Of a stretch of DNA of 64,000 nucleotides, positions 37,298 through 49,683 are shown in pieces. Source of the DNA: Mobula hypostoma (lineage: Eukaryota); the NCBI RefSeq assembly GCF_963921235.1, contig NC_086097.1, positions 94,738,001-94,802,000 on the forward strand. The letters are read 5' to 3'. A program made the position numbers and the translations under genes. Under the pieces are notes generated by a model. The model did not search any database, was not told the DNA's origin, and was given only the letters and a program-made list of their open reading frames with translations. Within the stretch, counting starts at the first letter, position 1. Each line of letters opens with the position of its first letter.

Positions 37298-39580
37298 GTA
37301 AGACCACAAGACATAGGAGCAGAATTAGGCCATCTGGCCCATCAGTCTGCTCTGCCGTTCAATCATGGCTGATCCTTTTTTTCCCGCCTCCTCAACCCCA
37401 GTTCCTGGCCTTTTCCCCGTAACCTTTAATGCCATGTCCAATTAAGAACCTATCAATCTCTGTCTTAAATACACCCAATGACCTGGCCTCCACAGCTGCA
37501 TATGGCAACAAACTCACCACCTTTGGCTAAAGAAATTTCTCTCCATCTCTGTTTTGAAAGGGCGCCCCTCTGTCCTGAGGCTGTGCCCTCTTGTCCTAGA
37601 CTCTCCCACCATGGGAAACATCCTTTCTACTCTGTCTAGGCCTTTCAACATTTGAAAGGTTTCAATGAGATCTCCCCTCATCCTTCTGACTTCCAGCGAG
37701 TACAGACCTGCAAGTTAACCTTTAAGGTGTTCTGCACAAGGACTCCCAAGGCCCTTTGCATCTCAGATTTTTGGATTTTCTCCCCATTTAGAAAATAGTC
37801 TGCATATTTATTTCTACTACCAAAGTGTATGACCATGCATTTTCCAACATTGAATTTCATTTGCCACTTTCTTGCCCATTCTCTTAATCTGCCTAAGCCC
37901 TTCTGCACCCTACCTGTTTCCTCAACACTACCTGTCCATCTACCAATCTTTGTATCATCTGCAAACTTGGCAACAAAGCCATCTATTCCATCATCTAAAT
38001 CATTTATATACAGCATAAAAAGAAGCGCTCCCAACACCGACCCCTACAGAACGCCACTAGTCACTGGCAGCCAACCAGAAAAGGATCCTTTTATTCCCAT
38101 TCCCTGCCTCCTACTAATCAGCCAACGCTCTAAACATGTTCGTAAATTTCCTGTAATACCATGGGCTCTTGGTAAGCAGCCTCATGTGTGGCACCTTGTC
38201 AAAAGTCTTCTGAAAGTCCAAATATACAACATCCACTACATCCCCTTTATCTATCCTACTTGCAATCTCCTCAAAGAATTCCAACAGGTTAGTCAGGCAG
38301 GATTTTCCCTGAAGGAAACCATGCTGACTTTGTACTATATTGCCCTGTGTCGCCAAGTACTCCATAACCTCATCCTTAACAATTGACTCTAACATCTTCC
38401 CAGCCACTGAGGTCAGGCTAACTGGTCTATAATTTCCTTTCTGCTGCCTTCCTCCTTTCTTAAAGAGTGGAGTGACATTTGCAATTTTCAAGTCCTCTGG
38501 TGCCATGCCAGAGTCCAATGATTTTTGAAAAATCAGTTCTAATGCCACCACAATCTCTAACGCTACCTCTTTCAGAACCCTAGGGTGCAGTTCATCTGGT
38601 CCAGGGGACTTACTTTAGGTCTCTCAGCTTTTTGAGCACATTCTCTCTTGTAATAGTAACTGCACCCACTTCTCTTCCTTCACACACTACAACATCAGGC
38701 ACACTGCTAGTGTCTTCCACAGTGAAGACTAATGCAAAATACTCATTTAGTTCATCAGGCATCTCCTTGCCCCCTGTTATTATTTCTCCTGCCTCATTTT
38801 CTAGTGGCCCTATGTCCACTCTCATTTCTCTTTTATTTTTAACATACTTAAAAAAACTTTTACTATCCACTTTGATATTAATTTGCTAGCTTGCTTTCAT
38901 ATTTCATCTTTTCCCTTCTAATGATTTTTTTAGTTACTCTCTGTAGGTTTTTAAAAACTTCCCAATTCCCTATCTTCCCAAGAATTTTTGCTTTGTTGTA
39001 TGCCCTTTCTTTTGCTTTTACAATAGCTTTGACTTCCCTTGTCAGCCATGGTTGTACTATTTTACCATTTGAGTATTTCTTCATCTTTGGAACACCTATC
39101 CTGCACCTTCCTCATTTTTCCCAGAAACGCACACCACTGCTTCTCTGCTGACATCCCTGCCAGCAGCTCCTTCCAATTTACTTTCTCACACCACTGTAAT
39201 TTCCCTTACTCCACTGAAATACTGCTACATTAGACTTTACTTTCACCCTGTCAAATTTCAAGTTGAACTCAATCATATCGTGATCACTGCCTCCTAAGGG
39301 TTCTTTTACCTTAAGCTCCCTAATCGCCTCTGGTTCATTACATAACACCCAATCCTGCATAGCTGATTCCCTCTTGGGCTCAATGACAAACTGGTCTAAA
39401 AAGCTATCTCTTAGGCATTCAACGAACTCACTCTCTTGAGGTCCATTACCAACCTGATTTTCCCAAACGACCTGCATGTTAAAATTACCCATGACTACCA
39501 TAACATTGCCCTTTTGGCTTGCCTTTTCTAATTCCTGTTGTGAGCTGTGGTCCACCTCCCAGCCACGGTTGGGAGGCCCG
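37298..39580 (-). mobile_element. Decayed CR1 ORF2 (EN to RT, internal deletion near 37710)
   Basis: VMGNFNM, LGGSDHDMIEF, NYRPVSLTSVAGK, YLDFQKTFDKVPH, KFADDTKIG; tail cctatgtcttgtggtctta. Confidence 0.93.
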
Positions 39581-40044
39581 GATATAACTTATTGGAAGGT
39601 AGGGCAAGATGGTGAAAAGGAGAGATGCAGTCAGGACCTCAGCCTATGGGAGACCTGAGGAGGAAAGAAGAACTGGCAAACAGTGTGGGAATTAGCAAAG
39701 AATGTTTATTCCTTGCTTGTTTGGCTCACTGAGATAGAACTAGGGAAATCTGAGAATGGGCAATAATTCTGGATGGCACCTGCAGAGGCAATGTTGAAGG
39801 TTGATGAGTTTGCATCATGATTCAGATAAATTAGCGATGGAAAGGGGCTCTGTCCTGAAGAGAAATTGGGGAGGCATGGAGATTGTCAAAGGCATGGCCT
39901 ATGATAAGGTGGGGACCAGGAGAGAGGGATTACTGAGGGGTGAGTGCTGACAAGTTGGCAAGGGCTGGAGAATAACAATAGTTGTGCCTGCTGAGGTAAA
40001 GATAAGAGCAAGTGAAATCACAGCAGGTTACAGCAAGAGTAGTT

Positions 40045-40778
40045 CAATGTATACAGTATACAACCTGAAATTCTTACTCTTTGCAGACAACCACAGAACA
40101 GAAAAAAAGAATGAATGAATGACAGATATGTCAGAGCTCCAAAGCCCCCTCCCAAGCACAAACAGCAGCAAAAGCATCAACCCTCAACCTCCTCTCCCCC
40201 CCCCCACTGGCTCCAGCAAAAGCACCGAACTCTCCCCCACCCCCCATGGAAGCAATAGCAAAGCCCCCAATGAGACATGATCTAGAGTCCATCAAAAATC
40301 TGCTGTCCATCTCAGCACTTCAGTATCTCAGACAGGACTTCTCTCACCGGTGAGGGAGAGAGAGATATCACTTCTGCAGCAACCAGTGTGGGAGGGCAGC
40401 AACTCACTGTTTCGATGTTACTGTCTGCTGCATCACTTCGAGCCCCTGACTTGAGGACTGCCAGGCTTTCACTCACCGAGAGAGAGTGTACAGAGCCTTC
40501 TTCCAGCAGCAGCGCACACCGCCTGTTGCCTTGATGTTCCAGTCTCTTGCAACGCTTTAGTTGGCTGGGTTGTCGCAGATCTTCCAGGCCATATCTGGAG
40601 ATATGGAATCGCCAGGCCACATGGCGAGTCCAAGAATGAGCCCACACTGGTTGTGAAAAACCGCTGTTTGAGCAGTAGCTGACCCCAGCCACCTTGAAAA
40701 GAGAACAAAAAGCTGTTTCGCGGGTGAGTTGGAAGAAGTCGGCTGGATCTGTAAAGAATATCTGGCACCATCTTTTCC
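40045..40778 (-). mobile_element. Non-autonomous element with AAGATGG head (family of 11400-12220)
   Basis: Minus strand aagatggtgcc at 40774; shared gcctggaaga and ctctctcgc blocks; tail tatactgtatacattgaac. Confidence 0.7.
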
Positions 40779-40864
40779 AGCTCCTAGAAAGGGAGTCATT
40801 TTGGCTCATGTAACCAATACCAGACACTCTGGCCTCACCTAATGCATTGCCCCTGGTTGTAGTC

Positions 40865-41135
40865 CCCTATTGCTTGAGTTACTGTATAAGGAGAGACTTT
40901 ATTCCTTAGAGTGAAGCAGACTGAACAGTGACCTAATAAAGTGTTTAAAACCATGAAAGGTACAGATCGGGTGAATGCAGTCATTTTCCCAGGGAGAGGG
41001 AAACAAAACCTAATTGATTTAGGTTTTAAACAAGATGAGAATGATGTGAAAGGACATCAGAGAAAACTTCCTCATGCAGAGAGTGGGGGGTTATGCAATG
41101 AGTTACCAGAGGAAGAAGTTGAAGAAGGTGCCTAA
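40865..41135 (+). mobile_element. Old CR1 3' fragment
   Basis: VFKTMKGTDRVN...CNELPEEEVE. Confidence 0.7.
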
Positions 41136-41137
41136 GA

Positions 41138-41545
41138 GGTAATTTTTTGTATTGCACTGTACTGCTGTCACAAAAAAAACAAATCTCATGACATATGTGA
41201 GTGCTGATAAATCTGATTCTGATCTGGGTCTCTATTGTGGGCTGAGAGTGGGAAGGGGACAGGGAGAGGGGAGTCATGGTTGGGAAAAAGGGAAGAGAGA
41301 GGGGAGGGAGCAGGAAGCACCAGGGAGACAGTCTGTAATGATCAATAAACCAGTTGTTTGGAATCAAATGACCTTGTCAGGTGTCTCAGGGCTGGGTGAG
41401 CCTGCATCCACACCACTCATCCCACTCCTGGCACTCCTTCTCTGCCACCTGTCCCACCCCCCCCCACGGCACTCCCTCCTTGCCATTTCCAACAGCCTTT
41501 ACTCCCACATGATTTACAAACTTGTTCTCCTGTTCACGTTGGCAC
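41138..41545 (-). mobile_element. Cargo-only copy of the composite element (no flanking MITEs visible)
   Basis: Reverse complement of 19710-20110 (ataaatctgattctgatctgggtctctattgtgggctgagagtgggaagggg...). Confidence 0.8.
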
Positions 41546-41564
41546 CGTAGTTGTTGTATATGTG

Positions 41565-41565
<1 letters not shown>

Positions 41566-41598
<33 letters not shown>
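41566..41598. repeat. (CA)n microsatellite
   Basis: Perfect CA run. Confidence 0.95.
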
Positions 41599-41601
<3 letters not shown>

Positions 41602-42720
41602 TAGCTGCTCACCTGTTCTCCTGGACCTGCTCTGCCAGTCAGCAATGTCACAAATAATCCCAATCCCCATTCACTCATACGTGTTCAGAAGCCATAAATC
41701 TGTGCATGACAGCCATGAATGGGAGCCACATGCTCTGGTTTGTTTGGGTGAGCTGGGAGAGGCTTGTGTGAAGCATAAAACACCAGCATGCCAAAGCTAA
41801 AAAATTAGCTTCATTTGTCACATCTACATCAAAACATACAGTGAGAAACTTTGTTCATGTCAATGACCAACACAGTCCAAATGTGTGCAGGGGGCAGCCT
41901 GTGAGGTCACCATACGTCCAGCACCAACATAACTTAGCGACTCATCCTAGTCAGCACATCTTGGGAACATGGAAGGAAACTCTGATGAAACCTATGCAGT
42001 GACGGGGAGAACGTACATTCAGCGGGTAGAATTGATCAACAATCACTGGCTCTGTAAGGTTTTACACTGGCTGCCATGCTGCTTTGCTGTCTGGTAGTGA
42101 GTGACCTCTGACGGCATTGTAATTTGTAATACTCAAATCCTACACTTGCCTGGTTCGTCAGTAGGACAAGGCACACTCACGCAGTGGTGTTGTTTCCCTA
42201 ATCACAATCTTCTATGCACAAGACCTTATTCTGAGATTGAACCCTAAGACCCTTGAATAGAGAGACTGGTTAAAGAGTCTCTCAGCAGCCAGCCGGACAA
42301 ACCCATGCCCTGTTTTTGGAGGGCAAGCCAATAGCTTCTGTAATCAAAGTGCAAAGCACCACAGCTGCAGAAAGACTGAAAGTGAACAGAAATGAAGAAA
42401 GTGAATGTAGGTTGAAAGTTGACTGGAGGAACACCTCCCTTCAGACAACAAGGGTGTTTGTGGGGTTCCAGTCAATTGGCCCCTTGATTCCCCAACCAAA
42501 TCCCATGATGAACCAGCCGACATCGGCCGAAGGTAAGCTCAGGTAAATACCTCACCATCAACAATTTATGGAAACAGCCTTTCCAGTGTGGGTCAGGCAA
42601 GCTTTACAGACATTTTCTACCTGTAATTTTAACCTGGCTCATCACTCTCCACATCTCTCCAGCTTCAAGATTACTTTTAGGAATTTCTGTCTTTATATCA
42701 CTCACCCACATAAACTATAT

Positions 42721-42947
42721 ATCACTGGACCCTGTGGTATGAGACAGAGATGCACGAGACCCTGTGCTGTGGGACAGAGAGACACTGGATCATGTGGTGT
42801 GAGAGAGTGAATTACTAGTGTCTGTGTTATGGGACAGAGAGACTCTGGATCATGCGGTGTGAGAGAGTGAATTACTAGTGTCTGTGGTGCAGGACAATGA
42901 ATCTCCGAACCCCTGTGGTGTGGGACAGAGAATCACTAGATCCTGTA
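42721..42947. repeat. 30-bp minisatellite (~7.5 copies) with 60-bp higher-order unit
   Basis: Unit ~atcactggaccctgtggtgtgggacagaga; 42781-42840 repeats as 42841-42900. Confidence 0.9.
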
Positions 42948-44449
42948 GGATAAAATCAATCTCGTTACACACCCCATTTGAATAGGTCCCCTGACCGATC
43001 TCTTCCTGATTATCCAGTTCACTGTAACTTGACTTAAATCAACATTTTGACAAGAGGAAAAAGCTGTCAGCGGTAATCCTTTCCAGTCTCCTGGTTCGCT
43101 ATTTTACAGGCCAAATTCAGCAGCTCATGAAAAAGGGCCATCTGTTTGTCAGCGATTTGCGGGCCTCGTAACTCACTGCAGGAAGAGGTACTCAAAATAA
43201 ACTGATGGAATCGCTCCCACGGCTCGGTGAAAAGCCGATCTGTCTGTATTGCACAACCCGGGAATCATGTCTCCTTGAGCACTCCCCTCTTCACTGTCCA
43301 TCTTCATGCTCATCCTCACGTACTCATCTGATGCATGTCCAGTCAGTGTGTTCCTCATGCAGTCCTCCTGCCTTGACCGGGAAGTGCTGGGATTTTACTG
43401 CCACTGCCAGGGAGAAGTATTGACCTACAGGGCCCCCTACATACCCTAGAGCTTTCCCCAGTTTGTGTCCCTGTATGGTGGCAGGCTTCTCTGCCGCTCC
43501 GTCCTGATGGACATGGCTGGTCTCCTGCCTCTGCTCCTTCCACAGCCCTTCCTTCTCTTCTGGCCAATGCACTGCATCCTCTGTGGACCCCTCAGCCAGC
43601 TTCTGACTGTAGACGATGCCGGCCCCCCAGCAGTGATAGTGGGCACCCAGTTAAATAAAGAGCAGCTGGAGGAACTCGATGTGTCAGGCAGCACCCGTGG
43701 AGGGAAATGGGGAGATGATTCTTCTTCTGGACATGCAGAATAGAGGAGATTTCCCCTGTGAGTGAGATGACCTTACGCACGTGTACTGCATAAGAAGGCT
43801 GGACGGCTTCTAAAATAACAGACAGAGATTCCATTTTCAGTCTGAGTGCATGACCTATGATTCAAGGAGTGCCAAGTCTACAAACAGGCCATTCAGCACA
43901 CTGTGCTAGCATCTGTGCTCCAAACAAACCCCCTTCTGCTCAAGTTAAGCCCCAGCTTGGCTGGTCTTACTTCATCGGTTGCCTCTGGTATTAATAAAGG
44001 TGTATACTGTATAAAATTTACCTGTTTTTCTGAAGCAGAAGTGAAAACTTCTGTCAATCTAAGCAAGTCTTCATTCCCGCGCTTGAGATCTCTCACAGAG
44101 CTTGGGATCGCCCCTCTTCTCTCCATTAACCAAGCCCTTGCAAGAATACGGTGAGGTAGATTGTGAGGCCATTTGAACTAGTTAAATGTCTGAGATCCTT
44201 CATTGTGTGCTCTGATGAAGTTTCTCTCTCCACGGATACTGCCTGACCTGCCGAATGTTTCCAGCAGCTTCCATTTTCATTCTGCATTTCACCCAGCTCA
44301 TCCCAACACATCATCCGTGCTGAAAGACACTGGGAATTCACAGGCTTTGGTACAGAAGGAGACTATCTGGACCTTAGTGACTATGGCAGCTTGCTACCAG
44401 ATCAATTCATCAGTTCCATCCACCAGCCTCATGGATGTAACAACGAAGG

Positions 44450-47168
44450 ATGTGATCGAGGCAGAGGAATGAAAGGTGGGGGAGTAGCATTGCTTGTTAG
44501 GGAAAATATTACAGCAGTGCTTAGGCAGGACAGATTAGAGGGCTTGTCTACTGAGTCCTTATGGGTGGAGCTGAGAAACAGGAAAGGTATGGCCGCATTA
44601 GTGGGATTGTATTACAGACCACCCAATAGTCAACGAGAATTGGAAGAGCAAATCTGCAGGGAAATAGCAAGCAATAGCAGGAAACATAAAGTTGTGGTGG
44701 TAGGGGATTTTAATTTTCCATATATTGATTGGGACTCCCATACTGTTAGGGGTCTAGATGGTTTATAGTCTGTAAAATGTGTTCAGGAAAGTTTTCTAAA
44801 TCAATATATAGAGGGACCAACTAGAGGGGATGCAATATTGGATGTCCTGTAAGGAAACGAGTTAGGACAAGTGACGGAAGTCTGTGCAGGGGAGCACTTT
44901 GGTTCCAGTGATCATAACACCATTAATTTCAACTTGATCATGGACAAGGATAGATCTGGTCCTAGGGTTGAGATTCTTAACTGGAAGAAGGCCAAATATG
45001 AAGAAATGAGAAAGGATCTAAAAAGCGTAGATTGGGACAGGTTGTTCTCTGGCAAGGATGTGATCGGTAGGTGGGAAGCCTTCAAAGGAGAAATTTTGAG
45101 AGTACAGAATTTGTATGTTCCTGTCAGGATTAAAGGAAAAGTGAATAGGAATAAGGAACCTTGGTTCTCAAGGGATATTGCAACTCTGATAAAGAAGAAG
45201 AGGGAGTTGTATGACATGTATAGGAAGCAGGGAGTAAATAAAGTGCTTGAGGAGTATAAGAAGTGCAAGAAAATACTTAAGAAGGAAATCAGGAGGGCTA
45301 AAAGAAGACATGAGGTTGCATTGGCATCAAAGTGAAGGATAATCCAAAGAGCTTTTCCAGGTATATTAAGAGCAAAAGGATTGTAAGGGATAAAATTGGT
45401 CCTCTTGAAGATCAGAGTGGTCGCCTATGTGCGGAACCAAAGGAAATGGGGGAGATCTTAAATAGGTTTTTGCGTCTGTATTTACTAAGGAAACTGGCAT
45501 GAAGTCTATGGAATTAGGGGAAACAAGTAGTGAGATCATGGAAACTGTACAGATTGAAAAGGAGGAGGTACTTGCTGTCTTGAGGAAAATTAAAGTGGGT
45601 AAATCCCCGGGACCTGACAGAGTGTTCCCTCGGACCTTGAAGGAGACTGGTGTTGAAATTGCGGGGGCCCTAGCAGAAATATTTAAAATGTCGCCGTCTA
45701 CGGGTGAAGTGCCAGAGGATTGGAGAGTAGCTCATGTTGTTCCGTTGTTTGAAAAAGGATCGAAAAGTAATCCGGGAAATTATAGGCCGGTGAGTTTAAC
45801 GTCAGTAGTAGGTAAGTTATTGGAGGGAGTACTAAGAGACAGAATCTACAAGCGTTTGGATAGACAGGGACGTATTAGGGAGAGTCAACATGGCTTTGTG
45901 CATGGCAGGTCATGTTTGACCAATCTATTGGAGTTTTTTGAGGAGGTTACCAGGAAAGTGGATGAAGGGAAGGCAGTGGATATTGTCTACATGGACTTCT
46001 GTAAGGCCTTTGACAAGGTCCCACATGGGAGGTTAGTTAGGAAAATTCAGTCGCTAGGTATACATGGAGAGGTGGTAAATTGGATCAGACATTGGCTCAA
46101 TGGAAGAAGTCAAAGAGTGGTAGTAGAGAATTGCTTCTCCGAGTGGAGGCCTGTGACTAGTGGTGTGCCACAGGGATCAGTGCTGGGTCCATTGTTATTT
46201 GTCATCTACATCAATGATCTGGATGATAATGTGGTAAATTGGATCAGCAAATTTGCTGATGATACAAAGATTGGAGGTGTAGTAGACAGTGAGGAAGGTT
46301 TTCAGAGCCTGCAGAGGGACTTGGACCAGCTGGAAAAATGGGCTGAAAAATGGCAGATGAAGTTTAATGCAGACAAGTGTGAGGTATTGCATGTTGGAAG
46401 GATAAACCAAGGTAGAACATACAGGGTTAATGGTAAGGCACTGAGGAGTGCAGTGGAACAGAGGGATCTGGGAATACAGATACCAAATGCCCTAAAAGTG
46501 GCGTCACAGGTAGATAGGGTCGTAAAGAGAGCTTTTGGTACATTGGCCTTTATTAATCGAAGTATTGGGTATAAGAGCTGGAATGTTATGATGAGGTTGT
46601 ATAAGGCACTGGTGAGGCCAAATCTGGAGTATTGTGTTCAGTTTTTGTCACCAAATTACAGGAAGGATATAAATAAGGTTGAAAGAGTGCAGAGAAGGTT
46701 TACAAGGATGTTGCCAGGACTTGAGAAACTTAGTTACAGAGAAAGGTTGAATAGGTTAGGACTTTATTCCCTGGAGCGTAGAAGAATGAGGGGAGATTTG
46801 ATAGAGGTATATAAAATTATGATGGGTATAGATAGAGTGAATGCAAGCAGGCTTTTTCCACTGAGGCTAGGGGAGAAAAAAACCAGAGGACATGGGTTAA
46901 GGGTGAGGGGGGAAAAGTTTAAAGGGAACATTAGGGGGGGCTTCTTCACACAGAGAGTGGTGGGAGTATGGAATGAGCTGCCAGACGAGGTGGTAAATGC
47001 AGGTTCTTTTTTAACATTTAAGAATAAATTGGACAGATACATGGATGGGAGGTGTATGGAGGGATATAGTCCGTGTGCAGGTCAGTGGGACTAGGCAGAA
47101 AATGGTTCGGCACAGCCAAGAAGGGCCAAAAGGCCTGTTTCTGTGCTGTAGTTTCTATGGTTCTATGG
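44450..47168 (+). mobile_element. Young 5'-truncated CR1 LINE
   Basis: Near-continuous ORF2 with only a few stops/frameshifts; (TTCTATGG)2 tail; gcacag/ctgtgc 3' UTR hairpin. Confidence 0.96.
45499..47094 (+). pseudogene. CR1 ORF2 reverse transcriptase domain (531 aa open stretch; upstream EN disrupted)
   Basis: KSPGPD, NYRPVSLTS, QHGF, YMDFCKAFDKVPH, SGVPQGSVLGP, KFADD, RPNLEYC. Confidence 0.93.
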
Positions 47169-47169
47169 A

Positions 47170-47545
47170 TCTAAGAGGCACAGCAGCATCCTGACTTTCT
47201 CGGAAGGTTAAGGGGATTTCGCATTTCACTGAAAACTCTGACAGGTATACTGTTGAAAATATCCTGACTGGTTATACCAAGGTCTGGCACGACAATTTGA
47301 ATGTACTGTACCAGAATGTAAGAAGCTTCAGAGAGCAGTGGGCTCAATCCAATACACCGGGACACATCCCTCCCCAACACCTACAGTAGGCACAGCCCCT
47401 TGAAGGCAACATCTACAACCAAAGATCCCCACCAGCTGGAATCATCATGCAGCAAGTACAGAAGCCTGAAGTCCCATACCACCATATTCAACAACAGCTA
47501 CTTCCCTTCAACCATTTGCTTCCTGAACCAACCTGTACAATCACA
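47170..47545 (+). mobile_element. Old Rex/Babar 3' fragment
   Basis: KYRSLKSHTTIFNNSYFPSTICFLN. Confidence 0.75.
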
Positions 47546-47546
47546 T

Positions 47547-47678
47547 AAACAACGGGAATTCTGCAGATGCTCGAAATTCAAGCAACACACATCAAAGTTG
47601 CTGGTGAACGCAGCAGGCCAGGCAGCATCTCTAGGAAGAGGTACAGTCGACGTTTCAGGCCAAGACCCTTCGTCAGGA
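47547..47678 (-). mobile_element. Penelope-like pLTR fragment; hammerhead core at 47644-47678
   Basis: Minus strand tcCTGACGAagggtcttggcctGAAACGTCgactg; homology to the other copies stops 2 nt upstream of the core. Confidence 0.8.
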
Positions 47679-47699
47679 TTGAAGAAAAAAACTTTTTTC

Positions 47700-48800
47700 T
47701 CCTGTGGACTGGAGCTAAGTGACCACAGGGACAGTGTGAGTGAAGACGAGAGACTCAGACTGACAGGAAGTAAATGTTGGGAGGCAGTTTAGCAGAGCAT
47801 GGTGGCAGCCACATCAGGAGGAAAGAAAAGGCGCCTAAGAGGGTCTAGCACAAATCGACGTTGGACAATCGACACCGGGGAGTGTGTAAAAAGAGCTGGC
47901 TTTCGATCAGGACTACGATTGAGATTTTAAAAGTAAAGCTTCAAGGCAGTTTCTCTGCATTGTAGAGTGACCAATCAGCAGGAGGAATTCATTAGAAAGG
48001 GCCAATAAAATTAGCACAGGTGCAAGAGGAGTGGCCATTCTTTCGAGTGTGCGGTGTTTAAAGAGGCTTTCGTTCACCAGACTTGGATGAGGTAAAGTAT
48101 CTTGTAAGTTTCTCTCTTTCTGTTCTAATTCGTTCATTCCTCATCTGTTAGGGCACAGTAGTTTAGTGAGAATGGCTCCAGGGGCAGTGTTTTGTACTGT
48201 GCTTAGGATGTGGGAAGTCTGGGCGGCCTGCAGTCTCACAGATAAACACATCTGCACCAGATGCATGGAGTTGCAGCTCCTGAGAGACCGTGTTAAGGAA
48301 CTGGAGCTGCAGCTCAATGACCTTCAACTCATACGGGAGACTGAGGAGGTGATAGGCAGGAGCTACAGGGAGGTAGTCTCCCCTAGGTTGCAGGAGACAG
48401 GTAACAGGGTGACTGTCAGGAGAAGGAGGTGAAATGCACAGCCAGTGCAGAGTATCCCTGTGGCCATTCCCCTCAATAACAGTATGTAACTGTAGATACT
48501 ATTGAGGGGGATGACCTACCAGGAGTGGACCACAGAGGCTGGGTCTCTGGCACTGATCTGGTGCTGTGGCTCAGAAGAGCGGAGAGAGGAAGAGGACTGC
48601 AGTGCTGGTAGGAGTTTCCCTAGTTAGAGGAGGGCCGTCTTTTTAGAACGGAGACAAGGAGGGATTTCTTTAGCCAGTGAATGGTAAATCTGGGGAATTC
48701 TTTGCCACTGGCAACTATGGAGGCCATCTTTATGTATATTTAAGACAGAGATTGATAGATTCTTGATTGATCAGGGCGTGAAGGGATGTGGGGAGAAGTC
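47700..48800 (+). mobile_element. CR1 5' UTR plus ORF1 N-terminus fused directly to a CR1 3' end
   Basis: ORF1-like MAPGAVFCTVLRMWEV...HICTRCMELQLLRDRVKELELQL (Zn finger/coiled coil), then AVLVGVSLVRG (esterase start), then ccgtctttttagaacggagac (ORF2 3' end). Confidence 0.8.
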
Positions 48801-48876
48801 AGTATTTAAAACCTCAAGTGAACTACCTCTCCACCTCCTGAGGGAACAGATATTCTGACACAGAACACCACATCAA

Positions 48877-49200
48877 TGTCAGACCCACACAGATAGGCAC
48901 CTCTCAGTCACCATCCAGCTAACAGGAGTCACCTGTCACCCATTTCCAACTCATCACCTGCAGCCTATTTAAACCCAGCTCTCACCTACAGTCCTTGTTC
49001 ACCCATCGAACCAGCCAGCCTCAACCCAGTTGCTTCTAGCCATCAGTTACCTTGTTGCCTGTGACTATAGTATCTGTTCTCTCTTGCTTTGTGGCCCTTC
49101 GTGGCTTGTTACCTTGCAGCTTATTAGTAAAGTATTGTTTACTGCTAAATCATCTCTGCTGTTTTGCTTTTGGGTCAAGCTTCCTCTGCAATTCCTGACA
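48877..49200 (+). mobile_element. Solo LTR (324 bp), Gypsy-like
   Basis: TGTCAG...CTGACA termini; exact 5-bp TSD ATCAA (48872-48876 and 49201-49205); TATA-like cctatttaaa and polyA-like agtaaa. Confidence 0.85.
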
Positions 49201-49205
49201 ATCAA

Positions 49206-49575
49206 AGCCAGGTATGGAGGCTCCAACACATAGGGTCACAAGCGGCTGCAGGGAATTGCAAACTCTGCCAGCCCTATCAGGGGTACAACTCTCCCCACAA
49301 GTGGCTACGGAGAATTGTAGACTCAGCCAACTCTATCAGGGGTACAACTCTCCCCACAAGTGGCTACGGAGAATTGTAGACTCAGCCAACTCTATCAGGG
49401 GTACAACTCTCCCCACAAGAAGACATCTGTAAGAGGCGGTTCCCCAGGAATGCAGCATCCATCACTGAGGACATGGCCTCTTCTTATTCCTACCATCAGG
49501 GTGGAGGAACCTGCACTCAACGTTTTAAGAAGAGCTACTTCCCCTTTGCCATTGTATTTGTAAATGGTCTATAAG
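49206..49575 (+). mobile_element. Rex/Babar fragment with an internal 59-bp triplication
   Basis: gaattg at 49253, 49312 and 49371; RRIVDSANSIRGTTLPT repeated. Confidence 0.8.
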
Positions 49576-49683
49576 CCTCATTATTCCTTATTTGCATTAT
49601 AAACGCTAGCATGTAAAGATATGCAGAGCTATGGCCCAGATGCAGGTCAATAGAGCTAGGCAGAATAAAAATTCAGCATAAAC

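Noticed and set aside
40560..40694. Exon after a strong minus-strand acceptor
   Set aside because: Lies within the AAGATGG-headed repeat family; the equivalent pyrimidine-AG tract is present at about 11500
42721..42947. V(D)J recombination signal sequences (ctgtg words)
   Set aside because: No CACAGTG heptamer with a 12/23-spaced nonamer and no V/J segments recognised
43173..43834. Protein-coding exons (several overlapping ORFs)
   Set aside because: No recognisable domain, inconsistent frames and an embedded pLTR-like fragment at about 43665-43705; unsupported without RNA data
45499..47094. Host gene, retron or DGR reverse transcriptase
   Set aside because: Canonical CR1 ORF2 with LINE 3' UTR and microsatellite tail; no template/variable repeat pair
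49253..49420. Repeat-spacer array or repeat protein
   Set aside because: Simple 59-bp triplication of Rex/Babar coding sequence
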